Assembly (NCBI GenBank): GCA_964016885.1
Contig: OZ024740.1
Location: 132,184,001-132,248,000, forward strand
DNA length: 64,000 nt
Reading direction: 5' to 3'
Source: Eledone cirrhosa
Taxonomy: Eukaryota
Positions 50,431 to 64,000 of the stretch are shown here, piece after piece (positions within the stretch are counted from its first letter, which is position 1; each line of letters opens with the position of its first letter). Position numbers and translations under genes: made by a program. Under the pieces are notes generated by a model. That model searched no databases. It saw nothing but the letters and a program-made list of their open reading frames with translations, and had not been told where the DNA came from.

Positions 50431-51799
50431 CTACGTTCTTCTGCTAGGGAACTGCTAGGGAGATGGAGTAATGGGTGATACATGCTGCTTTCAACCCAGT
50501 GACATAGCTACGATGAGTCGAGTAAAGACCGCCTTTAAAACGTCTAGTCTTTCCGCGTTTGACAAAGTAACAGATTGGTGAATGGCACGAATAAGACCAC
50601 GACCAATACCGCACTGTCCTTCCCGTGGGTTAATAAGTGACGCGTTCAAGCCTTAGGTGGGGGAGGGTATCAAAAATGATATCGTAGTCTCCATTTTATC
50701 GCGATGACATGGAATATATAAACTGCATTAAAAAAATAAAAACAATGTGCTATTTATTGCGTCGAGGTTATGTACCAATAGACGAGTACAAATACTCACA
50801 GTTAAATCGTGTGATCTTATGTATTGTATCGTTATGTATGTATGAATTTCACTGCTCTGGTTGAGAGTAAGACCAAGAGAGAGAAAGAGAGAAAGGGAGA
50901 CACCCAAGAGAGAATGTGAGATTGCGGCAAAGAGAGGGGCCGAGTGTGATCGGTGTGTGATACAGTTGACCATTACACCTTAGCTAATCGGTAAGAAATC
51001 TACACCTGCTTGGATTGATTGGGAGCATGCCATTTAGGAATATGCTTCATTTGTCAAAATATCAGATTTATTGGTGACTCGGAAGCCCATTCACAATAGA
51101 AACTTATCTAGGTCATCAAAGGGCAGCTGCTTGGAGCCACTTGAAAGAAACTCTATTGAGGAGAATATCAAACTGCTGCTAGTGGACGCCCGTAAAGGTT
51201 TCGTTTGCATAAATTATAGAAAATAGAAGCCGGTACTCTATGCGTCAGTTATATAAGGATGCAAGACGAGGTTGACATCGACTGGATTCGATCTCAGAAC
51301 GTAAAAGGCCGTAACTATATGCTGTAAGCATGTAGTCTGACGTTCTTCTGATACTAATCCACCTACAAATATTCAAACGACTCGAAGCTTTTGCGCGTTT
51401 GTTTTATTGTTGATTATGATTTATTGTATATGATTATTTGTTACTCAAGCCCCGTATTTACTCATGTGACCACTACCCAGAATTTCCTTCTGGAACTGTA
51501 CACAAGCTAGAATGGAAGTTAATTTTTCTGAATAAAAAACGCAAAATGTTCATCCGCTTATCCATTCCAATGCTTTAAAATTTAATTTTAAAGGTTTAAA
51601 ATTATTTTTTTTTTAATTTACATGAAAAAGCGAACTTTACCAAACCTACTTTCTTTGTTAGAATACAGCTTCGATTCATTTAAAGCATTATATACTTGTT
51701 ACGCATTTTATTCATCCACAATTAGCGTAGTTTCTTCTCTACTTTCCCAACTCTAGGCTTCGAGGAAAATAAGCATATTATCATTCTTAAAATAAGCAT

Positions 51800-52500
51800 A
51801 TTATCATTCTCAAGCCAAGGCTTGAACAGAAAATCAAAATCAAAGTGGTATGAATAATGTGAAGCAATGAGGGGATGTCTCATTCTGAAGATATTGTTCT
51901 GTTAAAAAGGGCTGTTATTTTGTAAGACCTCATGAAGCTCCTGAAATCTGAACAATTTTATTACAGCTTTGACACAATAAAATTTATCTCAGAACTTTCT
52001 GAATTCATTAAAGCGAATACATGTAAAAAAAGGTGATTGAGAATGTTCTCTTCATTTACACGAATAAAGATATTTTGAAGGAAAAGAAGGTAAAGCATTG
52101 TGCTGATCTATTTTATAGTGAAATGATCGATGAATTTGCGCAAAAGAAATGGAAATTTGAACTGATTTACAAATTAATTTTGAATAACTCATTATTTGTA
52201 TGTTTCATTTTCTCAGATTTCTCACTTAACCCATAAGGGTTATCATGGCAGGCCGGTCGGCAATTTGTTATTAAGAGGGGTGGTGAATAATGTGCAAGGT
52301 AGAGAGGTATCAAACCAAAGCGTAGCTTGCTGTGTAGCAGTGCATTTTATCGCATTAAAATTAGTTCACATCACATTCGCAGATGAAAGGGGCAATAAAA
52401 TCTCCCCGAAATGTGGCCTATCTTCACCCATCTCTATGGAGAATGGTCTGCATCATGGTCCGGATAGCGTGCATTCCAAGTTACCCTTCGTTCGCCACTG
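51800..52500 (+). mobile_element. Possible decayed hAT transposon 3' end
   Basis: MIDEFAQKKWKFEL resembles a hAT transposase C-terminus; the region ends in cgccactg (CAGTGGCG-type TIR). No left TIR found. Confidence 0.3.
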
Positions 52501-52816
52501 AAATATATATATGTACATATCCAGCACTCATCCGATTTTGGTCCTCATAATTATTATTACTATATATAAATATGTAAATATGAATATATACATAAGAAAA
52601 GAAATCGAAAATGTAGCTGGAGTCTTTTTAAGAATATTTATTTACTTCACCGGTTCCACAGTTATTTTGCTTTTCAAAATTAAAATTGAGCTTTGACAAT
52701 ATATAAACAACGTCACGATTGTCAACCAGCCGACCGGTGACTTATAATAAATTGAAGTGAAAACCAACAGGTGCGTGTGTTTTATTGGGAATATGACCCT
52801 CCAAAGTATATTAATA

Positions 52817-52932
52817 ATAATTGTTTCTATTTTTGGCACAAGGCCAGCAATCATGCAGTACATTACTGGTACTTTATTTTATCGACCCCGTAAGGATGAA
52901 AGGCAAAGTTAACCTCGGCCGGATTTGAACTG
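52817..52932 (-). mobile_element. tRNA-derived SINE (5' truncated)
   Basis: ctggtactttattttatcgaccccgtaaggatgaaaggcaaagttaacctcgg. Confidence 0.85.
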
Positions 52933-53035
52933 AGCTGTCGGGGTCTTACTGGTTCCTATTACCCACTCTACTACCTCAAGTATTGAGTACTTTGGTGCGT
53001 TATGGTCCACCTGGTTCCTTACCACATTTCCTTCG

Positions 53036-53122
<87 letters not shown>

Positions 53123-53124
53123 AT

Positions 53125-55160
53125 TCGCCAACGCAGACGGTGATTTGTACCGTGATGATGGTCTTTTGACCATGATTAAGGGCGGACCTCGTGCTTGCGA
53201 CAGGTTAAGAAAAGAACTCACAGCCTTCTTTAAAGGCTTCACCCTCTCTATACAGGTTGAGGCCAATCTCTCGGTCGTTAATTACCTCGACGTTACTCTC
53301 AATTTATCGAATGGGTTGTATTACCCGTACAGGAAGCCGAATGATACGCTTAATTACATAAGTAAGCATTCCAACCATGTTGCCAGCATAACCAAGAACC
53401 TGGTAAGAAACGCTTCGTTGAGGCTTTCCCATCTATCTACTAACGAGCATATTTTCAACGACCATTCCACTTATTACAATGAAGCTCTTGCTCGGAGTGG
53501 ATTTTTCGATAAGGTAGCATATATGGGTGCGAAAATAGACCTCGAAGAAATAGATCCCGTCGCATTTGTTGGTATAGATATAGTAAAATCTTAAATAGAA
53601 ATACTATTAAAATGTCTTACTCTACGACGCCTAACCTTGCACATAACATCACAGCTTCAAATTTAGCTAATCTACCTAGCCGTAGGATCACGTGCAACCC
53701 TGTAGTTAGTACTAACTGTAATTGTAGGGATCGGGTTGATTGCCCCCTATCCGGGAAATGCCTCTCTAGTAACATTGTCTACAAATGTAAGGTTGAAACG
53801 CCCACATCCCGTAGGGCCTACATAGGGTTAACCGCCAATAGATTCAAGCAGCGTCTTTACATGCATACCCATTCTTTTCGTTACCCTCTAAGAAGGAATA
53901 TGACGTCACTTTTAGCTTATATCTGGAGTCTAAAATACAACCACGCCCAATTTAAGTTACACTGGGAGATCCTAGCTAGGGCTAGATCGTATAACGGAAA
54001 TAAAAAACCATGTGACCACTGCGCCGCTGAGACCCTGGAAATACTCTACGACACAGACCACATGTTAAACAAAAATCTGAGGCAATTTCGGCTTGTAAAC
54101 ATAAATTGCACAAAACTTTCCTGTATTACAGCACCACATTATACCCTAACGGATAGTACGATCTAAACGTGGATATTTTACGTCTTGATGTGGTAGCTAA
54201 GTATATGTTTTGTTTATACCATTACTTATTTGCATAGGTAAGTTTATATTACCTGTTTGTTTTGTGAAGGTACGTATACTTTCTCGTACGTATATTTTAT
54301 TTTATATGTTATGGTGTATAATTTTTTATATATTCTGGTACATATGCTTTGGTTATGGGTATACGGGAGTTTTGCGTCGGTGTGAGTATGCAGGTTCGTA
54401 CGTATGTAGGGTGTGTGTATATGTGTACTTCATGGCTTGGTTAACTTACGTCTCCGAACATTTGTGTATTTACATGTAGGTATGTGTGTGCGCTTGTTAT
54501 ATACGTATTTATTTATTTATATGCGTTTATTTAATTATTTATTCATTTGTATACACGCACACACACACATATTTATATGTGCGTGGTTTTGTATACCTAT
54601 GGCAAGTGTTTTCGCTTATGCTTGTGTATGTAAGTATTTGCATGCGTGTATGTATTTATTTAATTTCTATTACCTCTGTATTGTATTTTATTTACTTTAT
54701 TCTTAACTCTGAAGCGGAGATTCATTCGGTCTCCTAGTTAGAATTTTAGTCTACGACTTCTGCTATACCATTTACGTGGTTTCGTCTTTGCGTGCAATTC
54801 TTCTCCACGCTCCACATATAACGTATTATCTTCGTTTTTTTCCGTTCATTGCCAGAGAACGTCTCTATGAACCACCTAAGAGAACATTAGTCTACGACTT
54901 CTTTTATACCATAAACGTGGTTCTGTCTTTGCACGTAATTGTTTTTCACCGCTCCTATTAATGACGTATTATATTCGTTTGTATCGTTCTTTGCCAGGGA
55001 ACGTTTCCACGAAACAAAGTAACGTCTTCCTCTCTTGCTCCGGTTGCAATGTTTTTTTGAAATATCCACTTCTGCGTTTACAGATTAACTTTTTCAATTT
55101 CAGAAGATCCCGTTAACGGTGAAAGCAGCGATTCTTTGCTTAAACTTTAATCTGTTATTT
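53125..55160 (+). mobile_element. Penelope-like element, 5'-truncated: RT thumb, GIY-YIG and 3' non-coding region
   Basis: YRDDGL, VNYLDVTLNL, YRKPN..SNH (53145-53594); CNCRDRVDCPLSGKC..IVYKC..YIGLTANRFKQR..H..YIWSLK..C..C..E (53612-54166). Starts directly after (TA)n. Confidence 0.88.
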
Positions 55161-55257
55161 TAATAAATATTTGCTCTACGGTTCTTATATATTTGATATA
55201 TATTTATCCTTATCGAGCCATCTTTGGATTTTCGTCTTTAAATTTATTATTATTACT

Positions 55258-55309
<52 letters not shown>

Positions 55310-55313
<4 letters not shown>

Positions 55314-55825
55314 ATACACCCAGAAAAGACGCAATGTTTAGACAAATCACAGAGGCAATAATCATAAAATAATTACAACCAAAATTAAATAGAAAACATG
55401 AGTGGAACAGCAACATCACAACTTACGATTAAGGACAAAATGAAAACACACACGCACATAGAACAAACAACCAACCTGTAACATGTAAATAAACAAATAC
55501 ATAAACGAATATAAACACACACAGACACCCGGATGTTGCGCATGCACAGACTGAGCACACAACACACATACAGAAACAAGATGGCGTAGGACAGAACAAA
55601 GGAGAGGCACAAAAACAAAGAAAATAATCCCCAGTCACTGAAGAGGTCACAGAATGTGTGACGAAAGAACTTTGACAATATATAAACAAACATCTGGTTG
55701 TGGAACCAACCAACCAAACGGAAATTTATAAATTCCTAAATTTATAAATATATTATAATAAATTGAAGTGAAAGCCAGTGGTGCGTGTGTTTCTTATTGG
55801 CAACATGACCCTCCCAAAGTATAAC
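55310..55825 (+). mobile_element. Penelope-like 3' end (GIY-YIG C-terminus plus pLTR)
   Basis: RQITEAIIIK*LQPKLNRK, followed by a hammerhead motif; the tail is homologous to 52689-52810. Confidence 0.65.
55634..55676 (+). ncRNA. Minimal type I hammerhead ribozyme motif
   Basis: gtca CTGAAGA g gtcaca(gaatg)tgtgac GAAA gaac TT tgac; stem III is minimal and there is one extra G before stem II. Confidence 0.65.
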
Positions 55826-55942
55826 AATATCGGTTTCAACACACGATTTCAGATAAAGAATCTTGCTAAACAAATTCAGAAACGAAATATATATATATAT
55901 ATTTATAGATACACACACCATTATCCCGTATATACATACATA

Positions 55943-56148
55943 AGGGCGGTGGATTGGCAGATTCGGACACCATGCTTTGCAGCATAGAGTTACGTCCCTT
56001 TATGATCTGCGTTCAAATCCCGCCGAGGTGAACTTTGCATTTCATCCTTACGGGATCTATATAATAAAGTACCAGTCACACACTTGCGTCGATTTAATCG
56101 ACTTTCCCCTCCCCCAAAATTGCTGGTCCTGTACCTTTATAAGAAACC
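55943..56148 (+). mobile_element. tRNA-derived SINE copy (variant tail)
   Basis: agggcggtggattggcag...gttcaaatcccgccgagg...tttcatccttacggg. Confidence 0.8.
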
Positions 56149-56168
56149 ATATATATATATATATATAT

Positions 56169-56240
<72 letters not shown>

Positions 56241-57407
56241 CAAAAAAAGTGTGGTAAGGAACCAGATTGACCAAAACCCACCAGAGTACTCGATACTTAG
56301 GATAGTATAGTGGGTAATAATAGTTGTCGAAAAGGCCGGAACTCAGCCTGAGGTTCTGACACTTTCCCTATATATATATAGGAAAAGAGTCAGGGTAGTA
56401 GAGTGTGTAATAGTAAAATGTATGACCCCGACATTATAGCTCAATTTATATATTTATATATATATATATATATATATACATGTTTGTGGTTGTGTGTGAA
56501 TGTACATAATAATACACCATATGTACACAGAAGGTTATGCTCATGCATGGTCTTCATTCTGATAGCCAACAGAAATTAGAAACTAAATAGTGCATACACA
56601 AATTCACAAATAAAAGCATTGGAAGAAATGAATACGCATTCTAACTTCTAGCTTAATAGCCATTACGTCTGCTTATATTAAATCATTAGGGAATATTGTT
56701 TAGTTTTAGATGTTGTAAATATTTGCGCAGTTTATTAATTCATGGTAACCTAGAGAAAAAGAAGTATGTGTGTACTTTTTCTTTTTCTTTTATTTTTTCC
56801 ATACATTTGGGTTATATATCATGTGTAAAAACGATAAAGTGCATGTGGGAGTTAATGAATTGTTGTTTTCTCTTATACGTGTTTTGGTGCGTCGTGCTGA
56901 GTATTTCAAATTAGATTTCGTACTTAAACAATCATTTATTAAATGCCATAATTGCAGGCAGTTAGACAATGTGTAAATATTTGTTGGCGGTATTGGATTC
57001 GATTTTGATTAATTAAGAGAATGTAATAATTCAAATAGGGAATATTATAATTACTCGTCAGAGATTTTGGTAAATATATTTCATTGATTAATTATTAATG
57101 CGGATTATGTAGTTATATATATTTACCTTTATTTCGTTATTTTCAGCATTGTGATTCAGTTAGAGCTAGGTGTAATTGTCTCTACTGGAGCCGTTGTACA
57201 ACTCTAGAGTTTGAGAGACTCGGTTATAAAATGTTCCTTAGTATAAATTATCGAGTATCATTTACAGAATGAGCTCACTAGTAATGATATTTACTTAATG
57301 TTAGATACTGCATTACTCACCAAGAAATGTATTGTATATTGTGCCCCATACATTACATCAGAAGGCAGAGTTCTTCTATTTTCTTATTTATCATTATTAT
57401 TATTGTT

Positions 57408-57812
57408 AGGGCGGTGGATTGGCAGTATCTGTAGTGGGTCGGACGCCATGCTTTGCAAGCAAATAGTTACGGCCCTTTATGGTCTGAGTTCAAATCCCGC
57501 CGATGTTAACTTTGCCTTTCATCCTTACGGGGTCGATAAAATAAAGTACCAGTAATGCACTGGGATAATTGCTGGCCTTGTGCCAAAAGTAGAAACAATT
57601 ATTATTGTTACAAATTAGGACGGTGGATTGGCAGTATCGGTAGATGGTCGGATGCCTTCTCTGCAACATAAAGTTACGGCTCTTTATGGTCTGATTTCAA
57701 ACCCTGCCAAGGTTAAATTTGCCTTTCATCCTTACGGGGTGGATAAAATGAATCACTAGTAAAGCACTGGGATAATTACTGGCCGTTTTGCCAAAAGTAG
57801 AAACAATTATTA
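57408..57812 (+). mobile_element. Two tandem tRNA-derived SINE copies
   Basis: Full SINE motif set at 57408-57605 and 57617-57812. Confidence 0.85.
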
Positions 57813-57899
57813 GTGTTACAAATCGCTCTTGTATTGAACCTCCGATATTTATACTAACCAATATCTTTGTGGGCTGGTTAGTTCTTGTCTACCTACAGT

Positions 57900-59950
57900 C
57901 TGTCGGGGCAAAAATATGTGTTAGATCTCGAAACGCACTTCAATGTTTTTGAAAAATCTGTTTATAAACAAAGATTTTATAACCACATGACAGAACAGCT
58001 GACTCTCAACAAGATTGAAAAATGAAACATCAGAATAAGAAAACAGCAGCAGTAACACCAACAACTGTTCTGCACAAAATGTTCAACACCACCGTCATTA
58101 TGACATGAACAACAAGAGACAATGAACACAACAAAAAAAAAATAATAACACTAAGACGAACACTGCTAGCACCACTAACCTTAACAACACCATCACTACA
58201 CCTACAACTATTTCAACAATAGAAATATTTCAGAAACAATAAAAAAGAAAAATAACCGTAACACAGACAACAATGACAAAACAATAACAGCGACCGCAAC
58301 AACAACAAAGACAAGTATAGTATATCTGCAGCAAATACAGCCAAATTACCAGAACCTCTTATCAGGAACATCGTAAAGAAGGACAAATATTTGCCCCAAA
58401 CGGCCAAATTGATAAAACTAGAAAATTCATGGTCTGATGTTGCCATCATTCTTCACCCACATAAAGATGTTCAACTAATCTATACATGCGAGTCTACAAT
58501 CATCAAGAGCCGGAGCCTGCACATCAAAGAAACGTTCAAAAGGACTAAAACGGGTAATAAAGATTACATTGCGGGTTCCAATAGATTACATTGCGGGTTC
58601 CAATCAATATGTCGGCATTTCACTTCTCTTCTGGATGTTTAACACAGCGCAGTACCCAGTTTCACCACTATGTATTTTGTCTACAAACCTCATCCAGGAA
58701 GTAGGAGGGTTTGGGTCAAGATTTCAAGGATCACAAAATAGATGATATTCTGATGAGTAGTTGCTTTACTCGACTTAGAAGTAAGGAAAACTCTTCTACA
58801 AGTGAAACGGAACCAACGAGAAAACTGGTCTGGGCACTGTGCCCTCGTCCACATCAAACTATACCTCATTAACACGATGCCAGAATCCATGATGGGTGGA
58901 GTTGCATGTAGTTAAGGGTAGAAACCTCGTTTTCATATGTGAAGAGAAATTGCCCACTAAATTCTTCTTCCCACAACAATAGCACCGGATTTAATTGCTG
59001 CCAAACACCGGACTCCAGAATCCACATCATCAACACAAACAGCTGCAAAAACACCGGTAGAAACAGCTACATGAACAGTAAAACCGACCACTACATCAAA
59101 AGCACCAATACCAGCAATAACAAAAAACCTTACAACACCACAACACCAACAATAGCATCAGCAGAAGTACCAGCATAACCACCTCTATCAAAAGGAAACG
59201 ACACACCATGTGAAAAACACACAGGGTGTCTACCAACGAAGCCCTTTCTTTCCATTTTTCTCTCTCCGTCCCTTTTATACGCACATAGATATTAAAACCA
59301 ACACACAAATTCACTCATATTCAGAATAATTTCTACAGACACCGGTACCTCATCTCAAAGTAAGATTGACGAGAACCCACACACAATTAACTCATAACAA
59401 ACAAAAAAGAAAGCATCTTTCCTCACACTAATATTGACTCCATAATATACAGAAAACACACCTGCAACAGTGCCACAAAAATTAAAGATAGTACATATTT
59501 CTCTAGAAAGATAGTAATATATTAGGGAGAGATTCCCTTACCGTTTGGGGACACCTAATTTAAAAGCTATTACCAGGCCTTTAAAGGGACTCCAACGAGA
59601 TATTGAAAGTGAATTAAGCGATTTTCAACAGTGACCGAAGGTTAAGTAGAATCAATCTTTTGTCTTAACATCTACCGATAAACAACTTTTTTAAAAGAAG
59701 CTTACATAAGTGTTCTGTGACTGGTGTCCTCTTGTAAGCAAATACACTTGATCAACAACCACAGTTTATTTGCTACAGGTGTGAAGCCGTCAGAGAGACC
59801 CTGATATCCGATACGCATGCTCTAGAACAACAGCTCAACATATATAGGAGCAATTTATGTATTTATAGAAGATAATTAGTTAGTTATTTACATTACATCT
59901 CAATGAATAATATGGCCTTGAAGATAACTCGCAGAAGTTTATAAATAAAA
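57900..59950 (+). mobile_element. Heavily decayed Tx1-like element (ORF1 remnant and ORF2 C-terminus)
   Basis: Asn/Thr-rich start, RENWSG (cf. REDWVG in T2 ORF1), CA-rich linker, and CYRCEAVRETL near 59772 (zinc-finger-like). Confidence 0.45.
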
Positions 59951-60024
59951 AGAATTATCTTAAGCAATGCTCCGAATTAAATATAGAGAAGATCAAACTA
60001 GTGTAACTCAAAATTAAGAAAGCC

Positions 60025-60460
60025 ATATGCGTAGTTTACCAGAGGTAAAAGTATCACCTTTACTGCAGTTTGATGGACTAAAAATTTACAGAAAACTTGT
60101 TTAGTAGAAGTACGATTTTAAATTGACTGCTATTTCTATCAAAAGCTTTTTTTCTCGTCAACTAGTCTGTTTTGTACAGATATGTCTGTTTTTCGAAAAT
60201 TTTACGTTTTACGCATGCGTACATTATTGTACATCATGTTGCATTTGATTTGATTTGGGGATGGAAAATGTTCTGTCAACAGATAAATATAATTTACCTC
60301 TCTTAATTTAAGAAACAGAAAAAAACCTCTGTGAACAGGACATAAGTTTTCTGGCAGAGATATACTATAACTTAATTAAGATAGAAGATTTCTGTAAATG
60401 ATTTGTCTGTGAAACTGCAGTAAGAGGTGATGATTTAACCTCTGAGAATATACCTTATAT
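60025..60460. mobile_element. MITE-like element with diverged ~60-bp terminal inverted repeats
   Basis: cagaggtaaaagtatcacctttactgcagttt...tttacagaaa (~60040-60098) vs tttctgtaaa...aaactgcagtaagaggtgatgatttaacctctg (~60386-60444). Confidence 0.55.
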
Positions 60461-60464
60461 ATAT

Positions 60465-60870
60465 ATACTTCTAAATGTTTTAAATTAAACATACGGTATA
60501 TTGGCAAATATACAATACATACATTCATGTATACATCGCTATTTCAGAACACAAATCCTAATACCTAATTTCTGCTTGACCAGCAATCACTCTGTATAAT
60601 CATCTCCTGATTATTACTGAAATTCTATCAGAATCCAGCTTTTATAATTTTCGGCGGAAGTAGAGGAGTACGTGGCTTTGATGAACGACAACCAGCGTGA
60701 AACAAACAGTCAGGTTCTCTCCCTTCTTTCGCCGAAAAGAAAAAAGTCACTACTTTAAAACTGATAGCGTATCGTCTTCTAAATGTTCTATAATTAAACA
60801 TATGGTATATTGCCAAATATACTATACATACATTCATGTATACATCGCTATTTCAGAGCACCAATCCTAA
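60465..60870 (+). mobile_element. Diverged relative of the 14.3-kb hammerhead repeat (~1.3 units, period ~308 bp) with a degenerate hammerhead at 60674-60716
   Basis: Shares tcgctatttcagagcaccaat, ctctgtataatca..tcctgattattactg and gtcactactttaa. The core reads tTGATGA acg(acaaccag)cgt GAAAC aaaca GTC. Confidence 0.7.
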
Positions 60871-60877
60871 TACATAC

Positions 60878-62180
<1,303 letters not shown>

Positions 62181-62574
62181 TTTAAGTATCAAGAGAGACA
62201 AGAAGAGATAGGGGATACATATAGTTATTTGCCAATTGCATATGCAAATGTGCCCAATACTTGTGCCTGCGGGCGAGAAAATAAGCAGAGCGGATATACG
62301 CGAAAAAATATATAGAGGAGAACAAACCGTTAAAACATGTAAATCAGTAGATCTACTGCAAAAACAATACATGTGCTTTACGAAGAATGAACTGTGATGT
62401 GAATGTATCTTTAAAACCCCTTCTGGGTCACGTAAGGATCAATCTTTAGGTGTTTATGCACTTGAGAATCCCTTTTCAGGCGAAATGTACGTAGGTGCTG
62501 TTTTAAATAAATATGTTTTAACGGTTTGTTCTCCTTTATATATTTTTTCACGTATATATATATATTTAGGAAAA

Positions 62575-62672
62575 AGTATGACCCTGACGGCAGAGTTCAA
62601 ACCGTTTCGAAAGCTATTTCTGGAGTGAAATAGCCTTCGAAACGGCTTGAGCCCTGCCGTCAGGGTCATACT
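62575..62672. repeat. 46-bp-arm palindrome (4 mismatches, 6-nt loop)
   Basis: agtatgaccctgacggcag...gctatttc / gaaatagc...ctgccgtcagggtcatact. It adjoins a (TA)n-anchored repeat also seen at ~52935-53036 and ~56240-56440. Confidence 0.85.
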
Positions 62673-62735
62673 ACCCTAAGTATTGAGTACTCTGGTGCGC
62701 TATGGTCCATCTGGTTCCTTACCGCAACTCCTTCG

Positions 62736-62807
<72 letters not shown>

Positions 62808-63545
62808 AAAATTAGCGAGAATCGCATTTCGGCTATTCGAAATTAGCGAAAAATAACTTCCGAAATGTGTGGCAAGCCCTCAATAGAAACGAGTGAACTA
62901 TAGAGCAGTAAACATACGTTAAAAGGGCAATTTCACTGAGACGATGGTTAAACCATTAACCGCAAAGCCATAGAAGGGAGCAAGCTATTCGGGTCAAAGA
63001 AATAATAAAATATGATTGAAAAATATGCTAGCCCCCCTTGGAAACGGTGGTAAAATCCAATATGGGGTTTCTGCAACTCCTAAATCAGGTACTGTCTGCT
63101 TAAATAAATAATGTTAAGTTTTTGGTATGATGATCAAACAAGGATGTCACTTTTTCAACAGGCATTTAGTTATATGCAAAGCTAAGGAACTGACCGTTAT
63201 CTAAACCCACGTGCGGGGTTAGAACGGAGAGAATCCCTAGTTTTGGAGGATGAATTTAGTATCTATGGTTATTTCAAAATTGCAAAATATCACAAAACGA
63301 ATTAAGTTCTCGACAGAATAGTTTTTAAAATTAACATAAGCTATTAATCAGTCAATAGAATTAACTAAAAAAATCAAACAAATTTAACTGGTTAATAGCT
63401 AGATTCTGGAGATTAATACAAATATAAATTAGCGGGAATAGCATTTCGGCTATTGGAAATTAGCGAAAAACTACTTCCGAAATATGAGGCAAGCGCTCAA
63501 TAGAAACGAGTGAACTAGAGCAATAAACATACGTTAAAAGGCCAA
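62808..63545. repeat. Second copy of the (TA)n-flanked partial-tandem repeat family at 1188-1930
   Basis: aaattagcg.gaat.gcatttcggctatt at 62808 and 63427. Confidence 0.7.
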
Positions 63546-63660
63546 TATACATATATATATATAAAGGTAGAACACTGGAAGGTAATATCTGTAGTAGTGG
63601 AGCACTGAGTCCATGGGAAGAGTTTCGTAGAAGTAGTAACACAACAGTTAGTTCACCATA

Positions 63661-63700
63661 CCGAGAAAAAATGTTTCACCTTAGCGGGTCATCAGCTCGG
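63661..63700 (-). ncRNA. Minimal type I hammerhead ribozyme motif (inverted pLTR)
   Basis: ccgag CTGATGA ccc(gctaa)ggt GAAAC atttt TT ctcgg; homologous to 62050-62087; stem III is decayed. Confidence 0.6.
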
Positions 63701-63799
63701 ACTAATAATGGTTATATGAACAGGACCGTGTTAAAATAGATTTAATTTCTACTTTTAATGAGTTAGGACTTAGGATAACGGTAGCTACCAACCTGTCTA

Positions 63800-64000
63800 G
63801 CTAGATGTTTTTGACATTAATTTAAACCTTCACACACATACCTTCAGACCCTTCGATAAAATAAACGAAGAAATTAATTACATACACAAGGACTGATGCC
63901 ACCCTCCTACTGTTTTTAGAAACTTCGTAAATAATATCAGTACTACAATCTCTAACCTCTCCTCTAATAAAGCAATATTTGACAGAGCTGCCCCCTACTA
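63800..64000 (+). pseudogene. Penelope-like RT remnant running off the window
   Basis: DINLNLHTHTFRPFDK..YIHKD*CHPPTVFRNFVNNISTTISNLSSNKAIFDRAAPY; homologous to the 53145 ORF. Confidence 0.7.

Noticed and set aside
54705-54745. ctgaagcggagattcattcggtctcc hairpin as a ribozyme or SECIS
   Set aside because: It lacks the GA and GAAA core positions and a SECIS quartet.
62456-62498. Hammerhead-like gcac ttgagaa...cgaaa tgtacg ta ggtgc
   Set aside because: The CUGANGA core is not intact; at best a dead motif.
63880-63905. In-frame TGA in a Penelope RT remnant as selenocysteine
   Set aside because: It aligns to a Ser position (KHSNH in the homolog) in a frameshifted relic; simple decay explains it.

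Overview
AT-rich animal genomic DNA dense in microsatellites and transposons, with no recognisable host protein-coding gene. The SINE family present suggests an octopus/cephalopod (inference). The main structure is a ~28.6-kb array (17937-46563) of eight non-LTR retrotransposons, with an (ATT)n/(TAA)n microsatellite at every internal junction. Three are Tx1-clade elements (APE endonuclease + RT), all on the + strand, one of them full-length with an intact 1139-aa ORF2. Five are R4/Dong-clade elements (RT + CCHC + restriction-like endonuclease) from two families, all on the - strand. The flanks hold several type I hammerhead ribozyme motifs. Three near-canonical ones lie in a ~314-bp tandem/inverted, retrozyme-like repeat at 14.3-15.5 kb, and others lie in Penelope-like pseudo-LTRs. 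The flanks also contain Penelope RT/GIY-YIG remnants, a Gypsy gag-pro-RT remnant, RTE remnants, many tRNA-derived SINE copies and several long hairpins. Coordinates were read by eye and may be off by a few bases.
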